Shown: positions 19,565-29,096 of the stretch, piece after piece
Numbering within the stretch: position 1 is the stretch's first letter
Layout: the number at the start of each line of letters is the position of its first letter
IMG/VR virus record: IMGVR_UViG_3300043418_000120
Location: 96,001-160,000 of that record
Length of the DNA: 64,000 nt
Origin: a virus
Reading direction: 5' to 3' (one strand)
Notes under the pieces: model-generated
Database searches by the model: none
The model's input: the letters and a program-made list of their open reading frames with translations, nothing else
Told to the model about the DNA's origin: nothing
Position numbers and translations under genes: made by a program

Positions 19565-20848
19565 ATGAAAACAGTGAACTCCATCCTTGAAGAAGTAGGC
19601 GCCAACGCCTCCCGCAACTTTAAAATCGAAAAGCTGACTGAACATGCGGGGAACGAAGTTCTTCGCAATGTTGTTTTTCTAGCCAACGATCCTTTCACAC
19701 AATTTTACATTCGTAAGATTCCCGAGTACACTCCCAACACTGGCGAAGGCATTTCGCTCAAGTTCGCACTCGATTCCCTCTTTGACCTTTCCTCTCGTCT
19801 TGTTACAGGCAACGCCGCTATCGCACATCTCAAAGGTATTCTTGAGGCTTTGACTTCAGAAGATGCCAAAGTGATTGAGAAGGTTATTCAGAAAGACCTG
19901 CGTGCTGGATTCACTTCTGGCACGGCAAATAAGATTTGGCCAGGACTTGTGCCTGAGTATCCTGTGATGCTGTGTTCGCCGTTCGAACAGAAGCTGGTTG
20001 ACAAAATTAAATTTCCAGCATACGCGCAGTTGAAAATGGATGGTATGCGTTTCAACGCTATCGTTCGTGAAGGTAAGTGCGAATTCCGCAGCCGTAACGG
20101 TAAAGAAATCCTGTTGCTTGGTAACTTGGAACAAGAGTTTATTAAGTTGGCTGGTGACAGCGACATGGTCTTTGATGGTGAGTTACTTGTCAAGATCGAC
20201 GGTAAGATCGCCGATCGTCAAACAGGTAACGGCATTTTGAACAAAGCAAACAAGGGCACTATCTCTGCTGCTGACGCTGCGAAGGTTTGCGCTACTGTTT
20301 GGGACTTGATTCCTTACGTTCAGTTTATCAGTGGCCACTGCCCAACGCCTTACCGTGCTCGCTATGCGACTCTGTTAATGATGCCAATGCCAGAGAAGAT
20401 CGCGTTGGTTGAAAGCACAGTTGTTGAAGACTTAGAATCTGCTCGTGCTATCTTCGAGAAGTATCTCGAAGCTGGTCAAGAAGGTATCATCCTGAAAGAC
20501 CCAACAGGAATCTGGGAAGACAAACGCTCCAAGGGTCAAATCAAGTTCAAAGGCGAACTCGAATGCGACCTGAAGATTGTAGGTATCGAAGAAGGTACAG
20601 GTAAGTATGCTGGTATGCTCGGCGCTTTGATTCTCGAATCGGACGATGGAGTTATTAAGGTTCGTGCTGGCTCTGGCTTCTCCGATGAACAGCGTAAGCA
20701 AGGTAAGGAAGTTATCGGCAAGATCGCTGCTATTAAGTACAACATGCGAAGTGTTGATAAACAAGGTAAACAAAGCCTGTTCTTGCCAATCGTACTCGAG
20801 ATCCGAGACGACAAGGACGAGGCTGATTCTAGCGAGAACATTAAATGA
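19565..20848 (+). CDS. gp30: ATP-dependent DNA ligase (gp30)
   Basis: KMDGMR, FDGEL, EGIILK, LFLP...IRDDK. Confidence 0.95.
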   Translation: MKTVNSILEEVGANASRNFKIEKLTEHAGNEVLRNVVFLANDPFTQFYIRKIPEYTPNTGEGISLKFALDSLFDLSSRLVTGNAAIAHLKGILEALTSEDAKVIEKVIQKDLRAGFTSGTANKIWPGLVPEYPVMLCSPFEQKLVDKIKFPAYAQLKMDGMRFNAIVREGKCEFRSRNGKEILLLGNLEQEFIKLAGDSDMVFDGELLVKIDGKIADRQTGNGILNKANKGTISAADAAKVCATVWDLIPYVQFISGHCPTPYRARYATLLMMPMPEKIALVESTVVEDLESARAIFEKYLEAGQEGIILKDPTGIWEDKRSKGQIKFKGELECDLKIVGIEEGTGKYAGMLGALILESDDGVIKVRAGSGFSDEQRKQGKEVIGKIAAIKYNMRSVDKQGKQSLFLPIVLEIRDDKDEADSSENIK

Positions 20849-21198
20849 AAGTTGTAATCAACCGTTGTTTCGGTGGCTTTGGCCTTTCCCATGAGGCGAT
20901 TATGAAGTATGCTGCCCTTGCGCAGATTGACATGATTGCTGTTGAGAAAGACCCAACCAGCACGATGATGCCGTATGAGTATTACGTTGGTAAGGTTTCC
21001 GATGAGACCTACTGGAGCGAATATGAACTCTCACGTACTGACCCGAGTCTGATCAAAGTTGTTGAGCAAATGGGCGAAGCTGCTAATGGATGGGCTGCAG
21101 AGTTGACAGTTGTAGAAATTCCTGACGATATCCTGTGGCATTTGAGCGAATATGATGGTATCGAGCATATTGCCGAAGACCATCGAACTTGGAGATAA
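20845..21198 (+). CDS. Conserved phage hypothetical protein
   Basis: MKVVINRCFGGFGLS...EYDGIEHIAEDHRTW. Confidence 0.8.
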   Translation: MKVVINRCFGGFGLSHEAIMKYAALAQIDMIAVEKDPTSTMMPYEYYVGKVSDETYWSEYELSRTDPSLIKVVEQMGEAANGWAAELTVVEIPDDILWHLSEYDGIEHIAEDHRTWR

Positions 21199-21199
21199 G

Positions 21200-21421
21200 A
21201 TGAACGAAAACGACGAAGTTGAATTTGAGAAACTGTATACCACTATCCGTGGTCAGTTTGATGAGCTTGCCTATAAAGAAGGCATCAATCCTATGCATAT
21301 CTTTGGTGTGTATCTAGGCATCATGGCTCAAGAGTTTAAAGAACACGCTTCTAAGGAAGACTTCGACAAATTCTTGACGCAAATGCTTGATGTTGAATGG
21401 ACAGAAAGAACGGTGATGTGA
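21200..21421 (+). CDS. Hypothetical protein
   Basis: GGAG RBS; ORF. Confidence 0.6.
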   Translation: MNENDEVEFEKLYTTIRGQFDELAYKEGINPMHIFGVYLGIMAQEFKEHASKEDFDKFLTQMLDVEWTERTVM

Positions 21422-21813
21422 TGGACGAGTTGCAAGAATACGATGAATTTGAGAAGCGCATGACTGAGAAGTATCCACAAATGTTCAGTGGATACTACGG
21501 TGGTTTTGCCTGCGGCAAAGGCTGGTGGCCAATCATTGAAGTGCTTTGTGCAAATATCCAGTCTCATATTGACTGGCGCAATAAGAAAGACCAAGTTGTA
21601 GAACAGGTTGTTGTTGCCCAAGTTAAAGAGAAGTTCGGTGGACTTCGTTTCTATTATGATGGTGGCGATGATCACGTTCATGGTATGGTTCGAATGGCAG
21701 AAGCATGGGCTGATCGCAGCTGCGAAACCTGTGGTAATATTGGTACTCGTCGTGGTGGCGGATGGATCCGCACCCTTTGTGACGAACACGCGAAGGATAT
21801 TCCAAGTGTCTAA
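21421..21813 (+). CDS. Conserved phage protein with Zn ribbon
   Basis: QVKEKFGGLRFY...CETCG...WIRTLCDEH. Confidence 0.8.
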   Translation: MDELQEYDEFEKRMTEKYPQMFSGYYGGFACGKGWWPIIEVLCANIQSHIDWRNKKDQVVEQVVVAQVKEKFGGLRFYYDGGDDHVHGMVRMAEAWADRSCETCGNIGTRRGGGWIRTLCDEHAKDIPSV

Positions 21814-22096
21814 AACAGTATGGGTTCTTGTTGAGACGGTATCTTCATTCCGTCATCGTTACATGGTGGAAGCGCCAGAAGGATGGCCAGAGTTCGCTCT
21901 GGATGATGTTGCTATGGAGACTGCTAAAGAGTTTTCCCAAAAGCACATCGGCGAACTCATCACATCGCATCGTGTTGTTACTGAGCAAGAAGCATTGGCT
22001 CTCTGCGATATTGACAATGATTATTTTATTGGAAGAACTGCTGAACAAAAGATTAAGGCGTTCTTCACAAAAGAAGGAGAGACAAGAGATGTCTAA
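21806..22096 (+). CDS. Hypothetical protein
   Basis: GTG start after AAGGA; EFSQKHIGE motif. Confidence 0.65.
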   Translation: MSKTVWVLVETVSSFRHRYMVEAPEGWPEFALDDVAMETAKEFSQKHIGELITSHRVVTEQEALALCDIDNDYFIGRTAEQKIKAFFTKEGETRDV

Positions 22097-22466
22097 AGTA
22101 TTCGATAATGTATCAACATTCCTGAAAGCCTGTGGTCAAGAGTACCCTGATGCTCCAACTGCTGAAGTCACTGACTTGGCAAACTTGTACAAGAAATTGA
22201 TCAAGGAAGAAACAGAGGAATTCTGGGAAGCTGTTGAAGCAAATGATGACAAAGAACAACTCGACGCATGCTTTGACATGATGTGGGTTATCGTTGGTTA
22301 CATGCATTCGCGTGGTTGGGATTGTTCGGCTGCATGGGACGAAGGCGCAAAGTCAAACTTGGCAAAGATTGACGCTACCACAGGCAAGGTTATCCGCCGC
22401 GAAGATGGCAAAATCATGAAACCAGAAGGTTGGCAGAAGCCTGACTTCAGCAAATTTATTGCTTGA
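22089..22466 (+). CDS. MazG-like all-alpha NTP pyrophosphohydrolase
   Basis: LIKEETEE...DACFD...SNLAK...REDGKIMKP. Confidence 0.8.
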   Translation: MSKVFDNVSTFLKACGQEYPDAPTAEVTDLANLYKKLIKEETEEFWEAVEANDDKEQLDACFDMMWVIVGYMHSRGWDCSAAWDEGAKSNLAKIDATTGKVIRREDGKIMKPEGWQKPDFSKFIA

Positions 22467-22491
22467 CATTAATGCTGCTTCGAGGTATAAT
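22463..22491 (+). promoter_or_regulatory. sigma70-type promoter
   Basis: TTGACA-N17-TATAAT. Confidence 0.85.
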
Positions 22492-22497
22492 AGAGGT

Positions 22498-23010
22498 ATG
22501 ATAACACTTTACTTAGATATGGATGGAGTCCTCGCCGATTTCCATAAGGCTTACTATCGCGATCGAGTTCGCGACGGTTCATGGGATCGCGTGCGTTTCC
22601 GTGAAATGGTAATGCAAGGTAAGATTTTTGAAGACCTCGACAAGATGCCTCAAGCAGAATCGCTTCTGAATTTTGCGGTCGAACTTCAGCAAGACTTTGG
22701 TATTGACGTTGAGATTCTTACTTCGGTTGGAACCTTTGATGTCGACCAAGGCGCTGAAGCCAAGATCCAAAAACAGAAGTGGTTGATGAAGAACGGAATT
22801 GGTTGGAAAGCCAACTTCGTTCGCACCAAGCATGAGAAGGCTCAGTATGCCACGCCGAAAACTATTCTTGTTGATGATTCGATTGGTTGTATCACTCCCT
22901 TTACCACAGCTGGTGGTCATGGTATTCTTCATGATGACGAACGTCACGGCGATACCATCTTCACGTTACATCGCACTGTCCACGCAATTCGAGCATTCAA
23001 GTTACTATGA
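22498..23010 (+). CDS. HAD-family 5'(3')-deoxyribonucleotidase-like
   Basis: LDMDGVLADF, ILTS, ILVDD. Confidence 0.85.
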   Translation: MITLYLDMDGVLADFHKAYYRDRVRDGSWDRVRFREMVMQGKIFEDLDKMPQAESLLNFAVELQQDFGIDVEILTSVGTFDVDQGAEAKIQKQKWLMKNGIGWKANFVRTKHEKAQYATPKTILVDDSIGCITPFTTAGGHGILHDDERHGDTIFTLHRTVHAIRAFKLL

Positions 23011-23543
23011 ATATCTTTTATCTTCACGCTAACCCAAAAATTTGCGCTCAACAACACGTAGACAAACACTGCGTAAAAATGATTCTCGAGTATGCTCAAC
23101 TATTATCTACTGCACACCGTTTCCTTGATGGTACTGAGTCTATTGTTATGTCAGAGTCTGGACGAAAGAAAAAGACCTGGACTTTACCTGACTTTCGCGA
23201 TTCTGTACTTTACTCTGCTACTCACATCAATCACCCTAGTGCTATTTGGGCCAGACGAGGTCGCGAAAACTATATGCACCTCTACAACATGTTCATCGAG
23301 TTGTGCGCAGAATACACCCATCGATACCACAAGATCCATAAATGCGAGTCGATGAAAGATACGCTCGCTCTCGTGCCGAATAATATTGGTAAAGAGTTCT
23401 TCACACAACCAACACCAGCCATGCCTGACTACTGTAAGGTGCCTGGAGATTCTATCGCTTCTTACAGAAATTACTATATACAAGAGAAGTCTAGAATGGC
23501 TGTTTGGAAAACAAGACCCACACCTGATTGGTATATCACATGA
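23007..23543 (+). CDS. Pyrimidine dimer DNA glycosylase (DenV-like family)
   Basis: MNIFYL...DKHCVKMILEYAQLLSTAH...THINHPS. Confidence 0.75.
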   Translation: MNIFYLHANPKICAQQHVDKHCVKMILEYAQLLSTAHRFLDGTESIVMSESGRKKKTWTLPDFRDSVLYSATHINHPSAIWARRGRENYMHLYNMFIELCAEYTHRYHKIHKCESMKDTLALVPNNIGKEFFTQPTPAMPDYCKVPGDSIASYRNYYIQEKSRMAVWKTRPTPDWYIT

Positions 23544-24205
23544 TTATTGGACCATCATACATTAACAAGCATGATACAATGTACCCAAGTTCTGCCTACC
23601 TCTTTGATAGAAAAGAGATTGGAGACCTTGGGTCTTTTCACACTAATGCTATCTCAAACACGTACGGATATGTGTTTGATGGCGAGCTAACCTTACCGAA
23701 CAACAAGATTGTTTCGGCTGGTGAATACTTTTCTCTTTGGTCATTGTACGCAGAGCAAATTAGCTACACTGGCAAGGTCGCGATCTTTGATCGAATCGGT
23801 TTCAAAGGTCAGAACGTAATTGGTGGGCCACTAGAAGACAAAGGACGCTTGTCATACATTGATGGCTGTTCAGATTCATTGCTAATCTATCCTCCACGCA
23901 TGGGCGACCCTTCGCTCAACATGCTACATTTTCCACCAAACACTAAGCAATCATTCCACACTCACCCAAGCATTCGCTTTGGTATTGTTGTCAGTGGTTT
24001 TGGTTATGCTGCATTGATGGATGGTGAGGAAGAACAAAGCATTCGTCTCGAGCCAGGAATGTTATTCTGTATTGAAGAGCAAGAGAAGCATCGTTTCGTA
24101 ACAGACACAAAAGAGATGGTGGTGTTAGCGTATCACCCAGATGGCGATTGGGGTCCAACTGATCACAATCATACTATGCTAAACCGCACTTACCTGACTA
24201 AATAA
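23540..24205 (+). CDS. Cupin-domain protein
   Basis: HTHPSIRFGIVVSGFG...HRF. Confidence 0.75.
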   Translation: MIIGPSYINKHDTMYPSSAYLFDRKEIGDLGSFHTNAISNTYGYVFDGELTLPNNKIVSAGEYFSLWSLYAEQISYTGKVAIFDRIGFKGQNVIGGPLEDKGRLSYIDGCSDSLLIYPPRMGDPSLNMLHFPPNTKQSFHTHPSIRFGIVVSGFGYAALMDGEEEQSIRLEPGMLFCIEEQEKHRFVTDTKEMVVLAYHPDGDWGPTDHNHTMLNRTYLTK

Positions 24206-24209
24206 AAAT

Positions 24210-24437
24210 ATGCCTACCTATACTTTTAGAGACAAAAACACTGGTGAAACTTATGACAAGTTCATGAGTATGAGCGCACGTGAAGAATTCTTACTAGAGA
24301 ACCCCAACATAGAAACAGTGATCGGAGCAGTAGCAACGATTCGCGACACGCCAAAGTTGGATGGCGGTTTTAGGGAAGTCCTACAAAAGATTCATGAACG
24401 TACAGGTGGCAGCAACCTGAAAGACAGGATCCGATAA
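24210..24437 (+). CDS. Small FmdB-like conserved phage protein
   Basis: MPTYTFRDKNTGE...GFREVLQKI. Confidence 0.75.
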   Translation: MPTYTFRDKNTGETYDKFMSMSAREEFLLENPNIETVIGAVATIRDTPKLDGGFREVLQKIHERTGGSNLKDRIR

Positions 24438-24456
24438 CAACTAAACTGGAGTACGC

Positions 24457-25218
24457 ATGGCAAGAAAAGCACCAACAACAGAAAGTGCCGTGAACGAGGG
24501 AAAATTAGAGAAGCGATTACATGTGAACAATTCGCTGAAAGTAAGAATAGACGATCTAAAGACGTTTGATCCATTAACCCAAAATCAAAAATTATTTTTT
24601 GATGCGTACAAAAGAGGAGACTACTTCGTAGCACTACATGGCGTAGCTGGTACTGGTAAAACTTTTTGTGCTTTGTATAAAGCCATTGAAGAAGTGCTCG
24701 ATAAGAGCAATCCCTTCAACAAAATTATTGTGGTAAGATCGGCGGTTCAATCCAGAGAGGTTGGCCACTTGCCAGGTGATGTGAATGAGAAGATGGAAAT
24801 CTATCAACAACCATATCGCCAAATCTGCGAAACCTTGTTTGGTCGTAAAGACGCTTGGGATCGCTTAGAAGAACAACATCATATCGAGTTCATTTCTACA
24901 TCGTTCATTCGTGGTATGTCATTTGATGACGCTATCATTATTGTCGATGAGATGCAGAACTTGACCTTTGAAGAAATCGATACCGTTATGACTCGTGTCG
25001 GATATCGATCTAAAATTATTTGGTGTGGCGACTATCGTCAAACCGATTTGAACAAGAAGAAGAACGACGTCACTGGAATTTTAAAATTCTTTGACATCGC
25101 TCAACACATGAGCGCATTCACTCGTATTGAATTTACGGTTGACGACATTGTTCGTTCATCCCTCGTGAAAGAGTATATTATGGCAAAGATAAGATACGAC
25201 GATTACGAAGGACGATAA
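24457..25218 (+). CDS. phoH: PhoH-like ATPase
   Basis: GVAGTGKT, RGMSF, DEMQN, GDYRQTD. Confidence 0.92.
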   Translation: MARKAPTTESAVNEGKLEKRLHVNNSLKVRIDDLKTFDPLTQNQKLFFDAYKRGDYFVALHGVAGTGKTFCALYKAIEEVLDKSNPFNKIIVVRSAVQSREVGHLPGDVNEKMEIYQQPYRQICETLFGRKDAWDRLEEQHHIEFISTSFIRGMSFDDAIIIVDEMQNLTFEEIDTVMTRVGYRSKIIWCGDYRQTDLNKKKNDVTGILKFFDIAQHMSAFTRIEFTVDDIVRSSLVKEYIMAKIRYDDYEGR

Positions 25219-25845
25219 ATGTCTATTACCCTAGAGCTACTACAAAACATTGCTCCACAAACAAAAGTATCGAAGCTAGAAGGTTTCGTTGAAGGACTAC
25301 AAGAAGCATGTGACAAATTTGAGATTAACACTCCAAGTCGTCTAGCATGTTTCCTTGCTCAAGTCGGTCACGAATCTGGCGGCTTTAATGCTGTTAAGGA
25401 AAACCTAAACTACAGCGCGGCTGGTCTTACTGGAACTTTCCATAAGTATTTCCCTACGCTTGAGTCTGCTCATGCTTATGAGCGTAACCCAGAAATGATC
25501 GCCAACCATGTCTATGCTAATCGCATGGGTAATGGTGATGAGCATTCTGGTGATGGATTCAAGTACCGTGGTCGTGGGTTGATTCAATTGACTGGTCATG
25601 ACAATTACCATGCCTTCGCTGAAGACTTGGGTCTTGAGATTGACGAAGCGATTGAATACCTTGAGACTTACGAAGGCGCTGCTATGTCCGCTGCTTGGTT
25701 CTGGTGGAAGAATAACCTGAACGATTGGGCAGATAAAGAAGACATGGTAACACTTACTAAGAAAATCAACGGTGGTACTATTGGTCTTGAAGACCGCATC
25801 CACCACTTCGCTTCTGCGAAACAAGCATTAGAAAACTTAGCATAA
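25219..25845 (+). CDS. GH19 endolysin/chitinase-like
   Basis: FLAQVGHESG, YRGRGLIQLTG, INGG. Confidence 0.9.
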   Translation: MSITLELLQNIAPQTKVSKLEGFVEGLQEACDKFEINTPSRLACFLAQVGHESGGFNAVKENLNYSAAGLTGTFHKYFPTLESAHAYERNPEMIANHVYANRMGNGDEHSGDGFKYRGRGLIQLTGHDNYHAFAEDLGLEIDEAIEYLETYEGAAMSAAWFWWKNNLNDWADKEDMVTLTKKINGGTIGLEDRIHHFASAKQALENLA

Positions 25846-26490
25846 ATGTTCCAACATATACATCATGAACTCGTTAGTCTACCGCGAATTGATACACCAG
25901 AGGGAAGGTATTACCAGACACCAGACGGTAAAGCCTATCCCTCGGTAACAACTATCACTGGACAACTCGGCAAGGAAGCCATCATTGCGTGGCGTAAGAA
26001 GGTTGGTAATGAAGAAGCCAATCGTATTTCCTCAAGAGCTGCTGCTCGTGGAACTCGAATCCACAAACTATGCGAAGACGTTCTTAATAACAAGACCGTC
26101 GACGCTGGTTTCTTCGATGCTCCACTTTGGGTAGATATGCGTCCACTTCTCAACGACATTACAGAAGTACATGCTCTTGAGAAGCCCCTTTACTCGCATC
26201 ACCTAAGAACTGCTGGCACCGTAGATTGCGTTGCTAAGTATCGAGGGAAGATGTCCATTGTTGACTTTAAGACTTCGAAGCGTTTGAAGACTAGAGAAGA
26301 CATTAGCAACTACTTCATGCAATGCGCAGCTTATGCTGTTGCGTTTGAAGAAAGAACTGGCATTGCCGTATCTCAGTTAGTCATTCTCATGGGAGTTGAC
26401 GATGAAGCGCCGCTCGTGTTTATTGAGAAGCGTGATGACTGGATCGGTCAATTTTTACAACTCCGTGATTTATTTGAAAGAAACAAATGA
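25846..26490 (+). CDS. PD-(D/E)XK exonuclease
   Basis: YPSVTT, RGTRIH, AGTVD, VDFKTS, QCAAY. Confidence 0.85.
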   Translation: MFQHIHHELVSLPRIDTPEGRYYQTPDGKAYPSVTTITGQLGKEAIIAWRKKVGNEEANRISSRAAARGTRIHKLCEDVLNNKTVDAGFFDAPLWVDMRPLLNDITEVHALEKPLYSHHLRTAGTVDCVAKYRGKMSIVDFKTSKRLKTREDISNYFMQCAAYAVAFEERTGIAVSQLVILMGVDDEAPLVFIEKRDDWIGQFLQLRDLFERNK

Positions 26491-26735
26491 AAGTATTGAA
26501 ATTCCAAGCAAGCTGGTGTGGTCCATGCCAAGCATTGAGTATGACTCTTAATGAGTTGACAGAGCAAGCCATTCTTATCGAACCAGTTGATATTGACGAG
26601 AACATGGAGATGGCTCGTAAGTATGGTGTTCGAAGCGTCCCAACCCTTGTGCTGGTGGATGATGCAGGCACCGAAGTTCGACGTTCTGTGGGAGCCGTTA
26701 CACTAGAGGCTTACAAGGCTTGGCTGGCTGAATAA
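26487..26735 (+). CDS. trx: Thioredoxin
   Basis: WCGPC, VPT. Confidence 0.9.
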   Translation: MKVLKFQASWCGPCQALSMTLNELTEQAILIEPVDIDENMEMARKYGVRSVPTLVLVDDAGTEVRRSVGAVTLEAYKAWLAE

Positions 26736-26742
26736 ATAGTCC

Positions 26743-26771
26743 TTGACATTAATACCGAATACGGGTATAAT
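26743..26771 (+). promoter_or_regulatory. sigma70-type promoter
   Basis: TTGACA-N17-TATAAT. Confidence 0.85.
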
Positions 26772-26795
26772 AGTGTCATGAATAGGAGAAAAGTG

Positions 26796-27098
26796 ATGAA
26801 GAAGTTTCTAGTTTTACTGTTGGTTGGTTTGAGTTTTGCGGCTCAGGCTCAGCATTATCATGGTGATCATTTTCATCGCGGAGCCTACTACAACTGGGCT
26901 GCTCCAGCAATCATTGGTGGTGTTATTGGATACAGTATGGCTCAGCGCCCTACTACTGTAGTTGTCCAACAGCCACCAGTCTACGTTCAACAACAGCCAG
27001 TCTATGTTGATCGTCCAGGTATTCCTTACGGATACCGTTATGAGAATGTATTGGATGCGAACTGTGGCTGCTACCGAGTAGTCCTAGTTCCAAACTAA
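26796..27098 (+). CDS. Secreted/membrane Pro-rich hypothetical protein
   Basis: Signal peptide, APAIIGGVIGY, QQPPVYVQ. Confidence 0.7.
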   Translation: MKKFLVLLLVGLSFAAQAQHYHGDHFHRGAYYNWAAPAIIGGVIGYSMAQRPTTVVVQQPPVYVQQQPVYVDRPGIPYGYRYENVLDANCGCYRVVLVPN

Positions 27099-27403
27099 TT
27101 GTTGTAATCCCTTCAAAGCGAAGGACTTCTGGACGCGGGTTCGACTCCCGCCATCTCCACCACAAGCGCATTGGCGTAGTATGAGTACTCTAAAACTCGA
27201 CTGCGAAAATCTTAGTTCTAGTGTGCTTTTGATGGGGATGCCATGGTTTCGACAGGGGTAGATAGTAGAGACGGCAACACGGTAGGCGATGACCGTTAAT
27301 CAAGCAAATCAAAATAAATGCAAACGAAAGTTCATTTTTGATGGCAGCCTAATCGGCACCATCTGAGTTTCGGTGGGTGTACTTGGAAACAGAAACACCT
27401 ACC
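27099..27403 (+). ncRNA. ssrA: Circularly permuted two-piece tmRNA
   Basis: T arm plus CATCTCC-A-CCA (ends 27162) precedes the 5' strand GGGGATG (27234-27240), with a G3.U70 pair; tag ORF 27320-27352 ANESSFLMAA*; outer ends approximate. Confidence 0.9.
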
Positions 27404-27405
27404 AT

Positions 27406-27413
27406 TATAAATA
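27406..27413 (+). promoter_or_regulatory. T4-type late promoter
   Basis: TATAAATA. Confidence 0.7.
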
Positions 27414-27463
27414 ATTACTTACATCATGAACACACAACTTGATTTACACACACAGGAGTTTAC

Positions 27464-27739
27464 ATGTCAAACATGTCACCGTTCGAAATTCGCCTCGAAC
27501 TATTAAAAATGGCGAAGGAGATGCTCGTCGAGGATTACTACACCAAGAAAGAGCAAATCACAAACAGCTGGGCAACCGCAGTTGACTCAGCAAAGCAGAC
27601 TGGTGCTACGCCACCTGATCATCCAGCGATGCCTGCTTATCCAAGCGAAGCCGAGATTATTGCTAAGGCAACTACTCTCAACGGGTTCGTCTCTCAAATC
27701 CCCACAGCTACACTAGAAAAGACTAAGAAGTCCACCTGA
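27464..27739 (+). CDS. Conserved T4-like hypothetical protein
   Basis: AGGAG RBS; PFEIRLELLKMAKEML...EIIAKATTLNGFVS. Confidence 0.8.
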   Translation: MSNMSPFEIRLELLKMAKEMLVEDYYTKKEQITNSWATAVDSAKQTGATPPDHPAMPAYPSEAEIIAKATTLNGFVSQIPTATLEKTKKST

Positions 27740-27792
27740 TACGGGATCGGCGTGTGCCACAGCACACGCCTTAACTAATTAAGGAGATTGTT

Positions 27793-28326
27793 TTGAAATA
27801 TCTAATTTCAATTCTCATTACCATATCATTGTTTGTTATGTTGCTCTTCTCGACAATTCCGTCAAGAGATATATCAACTGGTATCGTAAGTGTACCTTAC
27901 CAAAATTTGACTGCTTCTGAAAAGAAAGAAGTCGACTGTCTCGCAGATAACATCTGGTATGAGGCTCGTTCCGAACCTAAAGATGGCCAAGTGGCTGTCG
28001 GTCTTGTCACTCTCAACAGAGTCAAGTCTAAGGTGTTCAACAGTAGTGTTTGCGGTGTCGTACATCAAAAAACAAAAACTACTTGTCAATTCACATGGCT
28101 ATGCGAAGGTAAGAAAACTATCACCGCAAAGCAACGTGAACTGTATGAAGATGTCCGTGACATCGCTCTTTATGTATACTTCAATCATGCTGTGATTGAG
28201 GATCTTACTGGAGGGGCTATATACTATCATGCCGATTACGTGTCTCCTGGCTGGAAAAAGCTGAAGAAGACTACGAAGATCGGTCGCCATATCTTTTACA
28301 CCGACCCGAAAGTGACTAACCTATGA
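27793..28326 (+). CDS. SleB-like cell wall hydrolase
   Basis: CLADNIWYEARSE, CQFTW, YYHADYVSP, IGRHIFY. Confidence 0.88.
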   Translation: MKYLISILITISLFVMLLFSTIPSRDISTGIVSVPYQNLTASEKKEVDCLADNIWYEARSEPKDGQVAVGLVTLNRVKSKVFNSSVCGVVHQKTKTTCQFTWLCEGKKTITAKQRELYEDVRDIALYVYFNHAVIEDLTGGAIYYHADYVSPGWKKLKKTTKIGRHIFYTDPKVTNL

Positions 28327-28883
28327 TGGAAAAACTCAATATCAACCTGAACGCAGGTGGTGATACCAAACAAAACTTCTTGTTGGTAATGGACGAAATT
28401 TCTTTGTCCTCTTGTAAGCAGATGGTCGAATGGATCTTTGCGTGTAACTTCAGCGAAGAGCAGTTTGATATTCTGAACCTTGTTATCTGTAGTCCAGGTG
28501 GCGATCTGAACGCAGCGTTTGCTGTTATCGACACCATGAAGGGCAGCTCTATTCCAATCCGAACTATCGGTCTTGGTCAAATTGCTTCTGCTGGTCTATC
28601 AATCTTCATGGCTGGTACAGCTGGTCAACGTATCCTGACACCAAACACTTCTATCCTCTCGCACCAATACTCATGGGGATCGTTTGGTAAGGAGCATGAA
28701 CTTATTGCTCAGGTGAAAGAATTTGACTTGACTACGAAACGCCTGATCGCGCACTACAAGAAGTGCACTGGTCTTGAAGAAGACGTTATCCGTGAGAAAC
28801 TGTTGCCACCACAGGACGTTTGGCTAAGTGCTGCTGAAGCAAAGAAGCTGGGTGTTTGTGACGTTGTGAAGGACTTATACTAA
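28323..28883 (+). CDS. clpP: ClpP-like serine protease
   Basis: SPGG, IASAG (Ser), SHQ (His), QDVW (Asp), AEAKKLG. Confidence 0.88.
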   Translation: MMEKLNINLNAGGDTKQNFLLVMDEISLSSCKQMVEWIFACNFSEEQFDILNLVICSPGGDLNAAFAVIDTMKGSSIPIRTIGLGQIASAGLSIFMAGTAGQRILTPNTSILSHQYSWGSFGKEHELIAQVKEFDLTTKRLIAHYKKCTGLEEDVIREKLLPPQDVWLSAAEAKKLGVCDVVKDLY

Positions 28884-29056
28884 TGAAATGGCTCAAGTAC
28901 TCTGGCATCTTCATCACCATTGTTGTCAATCCATTCCATTGGCGACTTGGTCTTGACTATGGTAAAGATGAACTGTGTGGACCAAACAGCTGGACAGGCA
29001 AGTTAAACTTACTGTTCCTTGGTATTCATGTAGTATGGGATGATGGCGACTGGTAA
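28883..29056 (+). CDS. Small hypothetical protein
   Basis: 57 aa MKWLKYSGI...DDGDW, coupled start. Confidence 0.6.
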   Translation: MKWLKYSGIFITIVVNPFHWRLGLDYGKDELCGPNSWTGKLNLLFLGIHVVWDDGDW

Positions 29057-29067
29057 GCCACCCAAAA

Positions 29068-29091
29068 GAAAAGCCCCTTTCGGGGCTTTTT
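29068..29091. terminator. Bidirectional intrinsic terminator
   Basis: AAAAGCCCC-TTTC-GGGGCTTTTT between convergent genes. Confidence 0.85.
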
Positions 29092-29096
29092 GTCAT

